64,000 nucleotides of DNA from a bacterium (GTDB taxonomy: Bacteria; Zixibacteria; MSB-5A5; WJJR01). The notes under the pieces were generated by a model. The model worked only from the letters and a program-made list of their open reading frames with translations, made no database searches and had not been told where the DNA came from. Shown in pieces: positions 56,965 to 64,000 of the stretch. The first letter of the stretch is position 1. Each line of letters starts with the position of its first letter. The stretch covers positions 45,859 to 109,858 of the forward strand of contig DATMBC010000055.1 of assembly GCA_035559435.1 (NCBI GenBank), written 5' to 3'. The position numbers and the translations under genes are program-made.

Positions 56965-59531
56965 CAACGACTTCCACACCACGCCCCTGCGATGCGGTCG
57001 TGCTGGCCGGCGGCTTCGGCACCCGGCTCAAACCGCTGACCGCGTCTCTGCCCAAACCCATGGTCCCCGTCGGCAACCGGCCGCTGATGGAACATGTCAT
57101 TGGACTTCTGGCCGACCATGGGTTCAAGGACGTCCTCGTTCTGCTCTTCTTTCAGGCCGAGCGCATCACCGGCCATTTCGGTGACGGCTCGCGCTTTGGC
57201 GTCCACATGCACTATCTGCGCCCCAACGGCGACTTCGGCACCGCCGGCAGCGTTCGCCATGCCCTCGACCTGCTGGCCGACCGCTTCCTGGTGATCGCCG
57301 GCGATGTCCTCACCGACATCGACCTGACAGCGGCGCGACGGTTCCACGAAAGCCGCAACGCCGACGCCACCATTGTGCTCACCCGCCACGCCAACCCGCT
57401 GCCATACGGCATCGTATTGACCGATCCCGAATCGCGTATCACGCGTTTCCTTGAGAAGCCGTCCTGGGGCGAGGTCTTCAGCGACACGGTCAACACCGGG
57501 ATCTACCTGCTGGAGAAATCGCTTCTGGCCCCTTGGACCACCGAGCGTTCGGTGGACTTTTCGCAGGATGTCTTTCCGCTGGCGCTGGCGCAGGGCAAGG
57601 GGCTTTATGGCCCGATCGCCGAGGGATACTGGCGTGATGTCGGCCATGTCGATGACTACGCGCAGGCGCACATCGACCTCATCTCCAACCGCGTCAAGGT
57701 GCATTGGGCGAACCCAATGCAGGAACGCGACGGCGCCCGTGTGGTCTGCGGCGCCGATTGCATGATCGATCCGTCCGCCAAACTCTCCGGCACGGTGGTG
57801 CTGGGCGACCGTGTCTCCATCGGCCCGCGCGCGCACCTGACCGACTCGTTTGTCGGCTCCGGATCGGCGATCGGGCAGGCGGCGCAAATCCGCCGGTCGG
57901 TCATCTGGACGGCGGTCGGGATCGGGGTTCGCTCCAACCTCAACGAGACCATCGTTCAATCCGGGACCCGCATCGGCAGCGATTGCATTCTGCGTGAGCG
58001 CTCGATCGTCTCCGAACTCTGCCAGCTGGGCGAGCGCGTCACTGTGCAGCCCGGCTGCAAAATCTGGCCACACAAGAGCGTCGAGGATGGTGCGCGGGTT
58101 TCCTCCAGCGTCGTCTGGGGCGAACAATACAGCCGCGAACTGTTTACCGACGCCAAGGTGTCCGGCCTGACCAATCGCGAGATGACCCCGGAATTTGCCG
58201 CGCGGCTGGGCGCGGCCTTCGCCTCGCAGTTTCCGCAAGGGTCGGTGCTGGTGGTCGCGCGCGACCCCTCGCTGGAGGCCCGCGCCGTCACCGAGGCGCT
58301 CAAATCCGGCATCACCTCCTCCGGCATTCATGTCCGGGACCTGCGCGACACGGTCGTGCCTGTTCTGCGCTTCGAACTGTCGCAGAATCGCGGGGAGCCG
58401 CGGATCAGCGGCGGCCTGTTTGTGCGCCGCTCACCCACCGACCGGCAGATCACCGACGCCATCTTCTTTGACAAGGCTGGTTTCGATCTGTCCGGCGGCT
58501 CGGCCCGATCGGTGGAGCGTGTCTTCTTCCGCGAGGACTTCCGCCGCGCTGACCCGGATGAAATCGGCACCATCCGCTACTCCGAACGTTTTCTCCACCG
58601 TTATCGCGATGCCTTCCTCACCCATCTGCGGGTGGGGGAGATTCGTGCCCGCGGCTTCCGGATCGTCGTCGACTACGCCAACGGCCTCATGTCGCATGTC
58701 CTGCCGCCGCTCCTTGAGGAGATGGGCGTTGAGGCGGTGGCGCTCAACAGCGCCAACATCGAGATGGGCCCAAACGCACACGACACCGCATTCCGCTCGT
58801 TGTCCCGTATCGTCCCGGCGATGGAGTGCGATCTGGGCATCCATATCCATCCGGCCGGGGAGAAGATCACGCTGGTGACACGCACCGGGCAGATCCTCGG
58901 CGCGCAGCATCTGCTTCTGGCCATGTGCGATCTCGCCTGGCGGGTGCATCCCAAGGGCACCATTGCCGTTCCGGTCACCGCCACCGCGGCGGTCGACACA
59001 CTGGCGGAGCGTGTCGGTGGACGAGTCGAACGGGTCAAAAGCGACCATCTGGCGATGATGCAGGCGGCCGCGGCCGGGCAGGCGGTGCTGGTGGCCGGGA
59101 CCCGTGGCGGCTTCATCTTCCCGGGCTGGCAACGCGGGGCGGATGCCGCCGCGGCGCTGGCCAACCTGCTCGAATTGCTGGCCCGTTCCGACAGCGAATT
59201 CGGCCTGGTGGCGCAGGAGGCGGTCCCCGGCGCCTTCGCCGAGGCGGCGGTGCCCTGCCAGTGGCGTCACAAGGGGGCGCTCATGCGCCGCATCCTCGAA
59301 GAGACCTCCGACCTGCCCCGGCTGATGGTCGACGGCGTGCGGATTCGTCTCGATGATGCGTGGTTGTGGGTTGCGCCCGACCGCCGAAGTGCGCTATTTC
59401 GGGTCCAGGTCGAGGCCGCCACACAGGAAAAGGCGAGCGAAGTTCTTGCCGAATGGGGCGCGCACCTGGCCGCCTGGCGCGGCGATCTCGAACGGGCCAC
59501 GCTCACGGAAGATTCCTTGAGCCCGGATTAA
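56961..59531 (+). CDS. fusion protein: sugar-1-phosphate nucleotidyltransferase (with left-handed beta-helix) plus phosphohexomutase-like C-terminal domains whose catalytic motifs are degenerate
   Basis: The N-terminus has VVLAGGFGTRLKPLTASLPKPMVPVGNRPLMEH (NTP-transferase) and hexapeptide repeats. The C-terminal ~480 aa align to alpha-D-phosphohexomutase domains I-IV. The TASHNP loop reads RRSPTD and the DGDGDR metal loop reads HPAGEK. Confidence 0.8.
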   Translation: MTTTSTPRPCDAVVLAGGFGTRLKPLTASLPKPMVPVGNRPLMEHVIGLLADHGFKDVLVLLFFQAERITGHFGDGSRFGVHMHYLRPNGDFGTAGSVRHALDLLADRFLVIAGDVLTDIDLTAARRFHESRNADATIVLTRHANPLPYGIVLTDPESRITRFLEKPSWGEVFSDTVNTGIYLLEKSLLAPWTTERSVDFSQDVFPLALAQGKGLYGPIAEGYWRDVGHVDDYAQAHIDLISNRVKVHWANPMQERDGARVVCGADCMIDPSAKLSGTVVLGDRVSIGPRAHLTDSFVGSGSAIGQAAQIRRSVIWTAVGIGVRSNLNETIVQSGTRIGSDCILRERSIVSELCQLGERVTVQPGCKIWPHKSVEDGARVSSSVVWGEQYSRELFTDAKVSGLTNREMTPEFAARLGAAFASQFPQGSVLVVARDPSLEARAVTEALKSGITSSGIHVRDLRDTVVPVLRFELSQNRGEPRISGGLFVRRSPTDRQITDAIFFDKAGFDLSGGSARSVERVFFREDFRRADPDEIGTIRYSERFLHRYRDAFLTHLRVGEIRARGFRIVVDYANGLMSHVLPPLLEEMGVEAVALNSANIEMGPNAHDTAFRSLSRIVPAMECDLGIHIHPAGEKITLVTRTGQILGAQHLLLAMCDLAWRVHPKGTIAVPVTATAAVDTLAERVGGRVERVKSDHLAMMQAAAAGQAVLVAGTRGGFIFPGWQRGADAAAALANLLELLARSDSEFGLVAQEAVPGAFAEAAVPCQWRHKGALMRRILEETSDLPRLMVDGVRIRLDDAWLWVAPDRRSALFRVQVEAATQEKASEVLAEWGAHLAAWRGDLERATLTEDSLSPD

Positions 59532-59537
59532 TCACGG

Positions 59538-61148
59538 ATGAAGCGACAACTGACATGGTCTGTGGCGCTGGGGCTTGGGCTTTTGGCCTCGGTCGCATCG
59601 GCACAACTGCGCCCGCCGACTGCCGCCCCGCCCGCCGCAGAAGCCGCGCGAACGCCTGCCGTACCCGAGAAGATCAGCGCGTCCGACGTGCTGGCTCCGG
59701 CGTATCTGGATCAAGTGATCGACCCCGATGACTACCACGTCGGCCCCGGTGACGTCGTCTTGATCAACATCTGGAGTTCCCGGCCCGAACAGTTCCGCGT
59801 CGAGATCTCGCCGGAGGCCACCTTCATCATTCCGGGGGTCGGCGAACTGAATGTGGAAGGATTCACGCTCACCCAATTGAAAGAGTCGGCAATTGCGCGC
59901 CTGCGCCGTTATTACGAACAGCCACCCATTTCCGTGACGCTGGCGGCCGTGCGCCGCTTCCGCGTCACCGTGACCGGCGCGGTGAAGAAACCCGGCCTTC
60001 ATGTCGTCACCGCCAACACCCGCGCCTCGGAGGTGCTCGACATGGCCGGGCTGGAGGATGATGCCGCCCGGCGGCAGGTCCGTCTGGAGCGCCGCGACAC
60101 CACCATGCTGGTGGATTTGGCCGCCTTCGAGCGGCTGGGCATACGTAACGCCAATCCTTATCTCGCCGAGGGCGATGTGCTGGTCGCCCCCCCGCTGGAC
60201 AACCGCTGGGGGAATGTCCGCATCGAAGGGGCGGTAAACCTGCCCGGCACCTTCGGCTTTTCACCCGGCGATCTGGTCGGCGACCTGATCGATCTCGCCT
60301 TCGGCCTGCGCGCCGATGCCGATACGCTGCGTCTCGAGCTGTGGCGGTTTCCGGTCGGGCAGAACGAGGCCATCCGTTTCGAGTGGCCCACCGGCACAAC
60401 GTATTCGCAGTGGCGCAAATTCGCCCTGCAGCCCGATGACCGGCTGTTTATCCGAACCGTTGAAGGCTTCCGCGCGAAGCGGTTGGTGCGGATCACCGGC
60501 GAAGTGGTTCGTCCCGGTTACTATCCCTTCGCCGGCGAGAGCATCCATCTGCGCGATGTCATCGATTCGGCGGGGGGCTTCACCGATGAAGCCGATCTCG
60601 TTCACGCCTTTATTATCCGCTACCAGCAGCCCAAGTGGGTTGAGGAAAATCGTCAGCGGGTGGCGTTGATCCCCTCGGAACTGCGCTCCGAGGCCGAATC
60701 TGATCTGCTGCAGGCCGACGCGCTGACCGTGCCCGGACGGGTCGCCGCCGATTTTGCCGAACTCTTCGGGCGCGGTAACGAGAGCCACAACGTCCCGCTC
60801 TTTGACGGCGACGAGATCGTCGTGCCGCGCATGACCGAAAGCGTCAACATCATCGGTCGCGTGGTCCAGCCGGGCCTGGTGCCGGTCAAGCCCGGCGCCG
60901 ACCTGAATTACTACATTGATCGGGCCGGCGGTTACTCCTGGCGGGCCGACCGTGGCGGCACCTTCCTCGTCAAAGGTGGTACCGGTTCCGCGATCAAAAA
61001 GAAGAGAATCCGCGAGATCACCGCCGGCGACACCATCGTGATCCCGACCCGGCGCGGGCGCCGCTGGTGGGCGGCCTTCCGTGAAACGCTCACCGTCACG
61101 ACCAGTCTGGCGACTCTCTACTTGGTCATCGACCAGGTTACACAATGA
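59538..61148 (+). CDS. polysaccharide export protein (Wza-like, Poly_export plus SLBB domains)
   Basis: Signal peptide, YHVGPGDVVLINIW export motif, and repeated SLBB-like segments. Confidence 0.8.
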   Translation: MKRQLTWSVALGLGLLASVASAQLRPPTAAPPAAEAARTPAVPEKISASDVLAPAYLDQVIDPDDYHVGPGDVVLINIWSSRPEQFRVEISPEATFIIPGVGELNVEGFTLTQLKESAIARLRRYYEQPPISVTLAAVRRFRVTVTGAVKKPGLHVVTANTRASEVLDMAGLEDDAARRQVRLERRDTTMLVDLAAFERLGIRNANPYLAEGDVLVAPPLDNRWGNVRIEGAVNLPGTFGFSPGDLVGDLIDLAFGLRADADTLRLELWRFPVGQNEAIRFEWPTGTTYSQWRKFALQPDDRLFIRTVEGFRAKRLVRITGEVVRPGYYPFAGESIHLRDVIDSAGGFTDEADLVHAFIIRYQQPKWVEENRQRVALIPSELRSEAESDLLQADALTVPGRVAADFAELFGRGNESHNVPLFDGDEIVVPRMTESVNIIGRVVQPGLVPVKPGADLNYYIDRAGGYSWRADRGGTFLVKGGTGSAIKKKRIREITAGDTIVIPTRRGRRWWAAFRETLTVTTSLATLYLVIDQVTQ

Positions 61149-62389
61149 CGCTCGAGTCCACGCCCCGCGCCGCGTCGAATCCCCCGCCCCTCATCGAGGG
61201 CGGACTGCTGGGGCTTCTGCGTCTGCTGGTGCGGAACCGCGGGCTCCTGTGGAAATACCCACTGGCGATCACGGCCCTCGTTTTGGGCGCATCGTTCCTG
61301 TTTCCCAACATCTACCGTTCGACGGTCACGATTCTGCCGCCCGAACGCGACTTCCAGAGCCTGTCGCAGCCGACCGGCGACCTGAAATCCTTCCTCTCCG
61401 GCGGGATGGCGCTGCCGGTCATGGCCACGCCGTCGGACATTCTCGAAGCCGTCCTCCTCTCGCGCACGGTGCGTGAATCCACCGCCACGCGTCTGGATCT
61501 TCCGGCACGATGGGGAATGACACGCGCGGAGGTTCTCGAGGAGTTGCAGCAAACCACCGGATCCAAGGTCGCGCCGTCGGGCGTGGTCACCTTCTGGGTG
61601 GAGTACCGGAACCGTTGGTTTGCGGACACGCTGGCCAACACGATGGTGAGTATCGCCGACCGGCTCAACCAGACCATCGTCAACACCAAGGCCTCGCGCA
61701 CCCGCGCTTTCGTCGAACGTCGCCTGGAGGAGACACGCCGACAGCTCGACAGCGCCGCCGCCGCGCTCGAAGAATTTCAGAAGCAGCATCGCACCATCGC
61801 CCTCGATGTCGAGGTCAAGGCGATGGTGGAAGGCGCGGCGACCCTGCGCGCGCAACAGACCGCCGACGAGATCGAATTGTCGGTCCTGCGCGAAACGCTT
61901 TCCGATGACCACCCCCGCATCCGCGAACTGTCAACCCGCATCAGCCAGACCCGGCAGAAGCTGAGCGCACTGGAATCGCCGGTGGACGACACCGCACGTT
62001 CCTATCTGGGCACCGGCTTCGCCGAACTGCCCCGACTCGCCCAGGAATTGGCCATCCGTCTGCGCGATGTGAAGGTGGCGGAAGCGCTCTATGAACTGCT
62101 CACACAGCAGTACGAACATGCCCGCATTCAGGAACGCCGCGACACGCCCACCTTCTCGGTCCTCGATCCGGCCAGTGGCGGCGGCGAAAAGGTGCGGCCG
62201 CGGCGGCTCCTGCTTGGCCTGGCGACACTGCTGGCGGCCCTGGTGTTGGTCGCCGGAGTGATCGTCGTCCGCGCCTGGCTGGACCGGCTGGCGGTCGTGG
62301 ATCCCGAACGTCATCACGAAATCATCTCGCTGTGGCAGGCGATGTTTCGCCGCGCCGGCAACAGGGCCAAGGAGCTGTCCCCGCCATGA
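61145..62389 (+). CDS. polysaccharide chain-length determinant / co-polymerase (Wzz/GumC-like)
   Basis: An N-terminal TM, a long coiled-coil periplasmic region, and a C-terminal TM (LLLGLATLLAALVLVAGVIVV). ATGA overlaps the wza stop. Confidence 0.7.
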   Translation: MTLESTPRAASNPPPLIEGGLLGLLRLLVRNRGLLWKYPLAITALVLGASFLFPNIYRSTVTILPPERDFQSLSQPTGDLKSFLSGGMALPVMATPSDILEAVLLSRTVRESTATRLDLPARWGMTRAEVLEELQQTTGSKVAPSGVVTFWVEYRNRWFADTLANTMVSIADRLNQTIVNTKASRTRAFVERRLEETRRQLDSAAAALEEFQKQHRTIALDVEVKAMVEGAATLRAQQTADEIELSVLRETLSDDHPRIRELSTRISQTRQKLSALESPVDDTARSYLGTGFAELPRLAQELAIRLRDVKVAEALYELLTQQYEHARIQERRDTPTFSVLDPASGGGEKVRPRRLLLGLATLLAALVLVAGVIVVRAWLDRLAVVDPERHHEIISLWQAMFRRAGNRAKELSPP

Positions 62390-63420
62390 CCTCATCCTCA
62401 GACCGTCTCATCAACGTGGGCTGCATCGGGTTGGGCGCCTGGGGCAAGAACCTCCTGCGTGAATTTGCCGGGACGCCCGGCGCGCGTGTCCCCATCGCCT
62501 GCGATCCGGCTCCGGCCGCGCGTCAACGCGCCCAACAGAATCACCCCGACATCATTATCACCGACCAGATCGAGGGCGTTTTTGCCGCCGATATCGACGC
62601 CGTCGTAATCGCCACACCGCCGGTATCGCACTTCGCGCTGGCGATGAAGGCGATCGCCGCCGGCAAGGATGTCTTTGTCGAAAAGCCGCTGGTGCTGGAT
62701 GTGGGCGAAGGAGAGAAACTGGTCGCCGCCGCCGCCGCCGCCAGGCGCATCCTGATGGTTGGTCACATCATGGAGTACAACCCCGCCATTGAGTGGCTCA
62801 AGCGCTACATCGCCGACGGGGGACTTGGCGACATCTACTACATTTATGCCACACGCGTGAATCTCGGCCAGGTCCGCGAAAACGAAAACGCCATGTGGTC
62901 GCTGGCGCCGCATGATGTCTCGATGATCTCCTACTTGCTCGATGACTACCCCCGCCGCGTCAGCGCCGTCGGCAGTTGCTATGTCCGCAAGGGCATCGAG
63001 GATGTCGTCTTCATGAACCTCGCCTTCGCCGGCAACCGCATGGCCCATATCCACACCTCGTGGCTGGATCCGCACAAGGTGCGATCCCTGACCATCGTCG
63101 GCCAGAAGCGCATGGCTGTCTTTTCCGACACCGACCCGCAGGAGAAGATCAAGGTTTTTGACAAGGGCGTCGACCGGTCGTTGAATTTTGAAACCTACGC
63201 CGAGTATCTGACCCTGCGGACCGGGGAGGTCTACATCCCCTTGGTGGACAACACCCAGCCGTTGGCGCTGGAGTGCCGTCACTTCATCAACTGCGTCCGC
63301 GAACGCAAGACGCCCCGCTCCGACGGGCAGGATGGCCTGCGCGTGCTCCGCGTGCTCGACGCCGCCCAACAATCGCTGGATTCCGGCGGCGTTCCCATCG
63401 ACATTCCCCACCCCGCGTGA
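62386..63420 (+). CDS. Gfo/Idh/MocA-family NAD-dependent sugar oxidoreductase (WbpB-like)
   Basis: Rossmann motif INVGCIGLGAWG and AVVIATPPVSHFALAMKAIAAGKDVFVEKPL. The start at MTSSSD overlaps the upstream stop. Confidence 0.85.
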   Translation: MTSSSDRLINVGCIGLGAWGKNLLREFAGTPGARVPIACDPAPAARQRAQQNHPDIIITDQIEGVFAADIDAVVIATPPVSHFALAMKAIAAGKDVFVEKPLVLDVGEGEKLVAAAAAARRILMVGHIMEYNPAIEWLKRYIADGGLGDIYYIYATRVNLGQVRENENAMWSLAPHDVSMISYLLDDYPRRVSAVGSCYVRKGIEDVVFMNLAFAGNRMAHIHTSWLDPHKVRSLTIVGQKRMAVFSDTDPQEKIKVFDKGVDRSLNFETYAEYLTLRTGEVYIPLVDNTQPLALECRHFINCVRERKTPRSDGQDGLRVLRVLDAAQQSLDSGGVPIDIPHPA

Positions 63421-63446
63421 TCGCGCGGAGGAGGAGTTGACCGCCC

Positions 63447-64000
63447 ATGAGTATCTCCATTGATCCCTCGGCCCACATCGGCTCGAACACGCGGTGGGGC
63501 GAATTCTGCATCATCGGTCCCAACGTTGAAATCGGGCCCAACTGCGAGATCGGCCATCATGTCGTTCTGCACGCCGGCACCCGCATCGGCGCCGCGGTGC
63601 GCATCGACGATGGCGCCGTGATCGGCAAACGTCCCATGCGCGCCGCCAACACCGCGGTCACCAAGGAACAGGACCTGCCGCCGACGGTGATCGGCGACAA
63701 CTGCATCATCGGCACGCACGTGGTCATCTACCGCGGCGCCACGCTTGGCCAGAAGGTGCTTGTGGCCGATCTGTCCACCGTGCGCGAAAACGTCACCGTC
63801 GGCGATTTCACCATCGTCGGCCGCGGTGTCGCCATCGAGAATTTCTGCACCATCGGCAGGTACTGCAAGCTGGAGACCAACGTCTATATCACCGCCTACT
63901 CCGAAGTCGGCGATCGTGTCTTCGTCGCGCCGGGCGTGGTCACTTCCAATGACAATTTCGTCGGGCGCACCGAGGAACGCTTCAAGAACTTCAAGGGCGT
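63447..64000 (+). CDS. left-handed beta-helix (hexapeptide-repeat) acetyltransferase, WbpD-like; 3' end beyond the window
   Basis: Repeating [LIV]GxxxxI hexapeptides: IGPNVEIGPNCEIGHHVVLHAGTRIGAAVRIDDGAVIG. GGAGGAGG RBS. Confidence 0.8.
   Translation, partial: MSISIDPSAHIGSNTRWGEFCIIGPNVEIGPNCEIGHHVVLHAGTRIGAAVRIDDGAVIGKRPMRAANTAVTKEQDLPPTVIGDNCIIGTHVVIYRGATLGQKVLVADLSTVRENVTVGDFTIVGRGVAIENFCTIGRYCKLETNVYITAYSEVGDRVFVAPGVVTSNDNFVGRTEERFKNFKG

Overview
This is a 64-kb, high-GC (~65-70%) bacterial chromosomal segment. All features listed below are supported directly from the sequence.

Gene content by strand:
- Minus strand, 1.0-7.3 kb: a glycolytic and translocation block, pfp - 2x outer-membrane-like genes - gap - pgk - tpiA - secG - tRNA-Leu(GAG).
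- Plus strand, 8.4-16.4 kb: a TPR-type sigma-54 activator, a sugar-phosphate nucleotidyltransferase, the methyl-cycle pair metK-ahcY, then NIPSNAP-like, HAD-family and pirin genes.
- Minus strand, 16.6-19.1 kb: lptG and lptF.
- Plus strand, 19.2-64 kb: yhaM-like, mreB, rnr, an NtrC-family sigma-54 regulator, a module of secreted and surface proteins, dgt, holA, an ECF sigma/anti-sigma pair, pcm, a PspC-domain/DUF4097 pair, an amino-acid ABC transporter, an S8 peptidase, tRNA-Gly(UCC), a sugar transferase and a DegT-type aminotransferase (minus strand), ssb, a split nitrilase/NadE pair, rsmI, an inositol-phospholipid-like cluster (PAP2 - lgt - CDP-alcohol phosphatidyltransferase - PfkB kinase - ino1), tmk, ctp, and an exopolysaccharide export/modification cluster (wza-wzz-wbpB-like-wbpD-like).

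Taxonomic hint: two secreted proteins carry C-terminal domains of the type IX secretion (T9SS) sorting class. This suggests, as an inference, an FCB-superphylum lineage such as Gemmatimonadota or a related candidate phylum.

Most notable observations:
1. A ~50% GC islet at the 3' end of tRNA-Leu that carries a DUF3800 gene.
2. A module linked to a sigma-54 regulator that encodes a beta-rich secreted protein, a 1088-aa protein with four lamin-tail-domain (LTD) repeats and a T9SS-type C-terminal domain, and a small outer-membrane-like protein.
3. A near-consensus -24/-12 sigma-54 promoter upstream of a degenerate RNase H-like gene and holA.
4. A candidate inositol-lipid biosynthesis locus with an embedded PfkB kinase.
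5. A 129-nt nested inverted repeat between convergent genes.
6. A nucleotidyltransferase-phosphohexomutase fusion whose mutase catalytic motifs are degenerate.

No CRISPR arrays, rRNAs or obvious transposases were seen. Many long antisense ORFs in the six-frame track are GC-driven shadow ORFs and were discarded.
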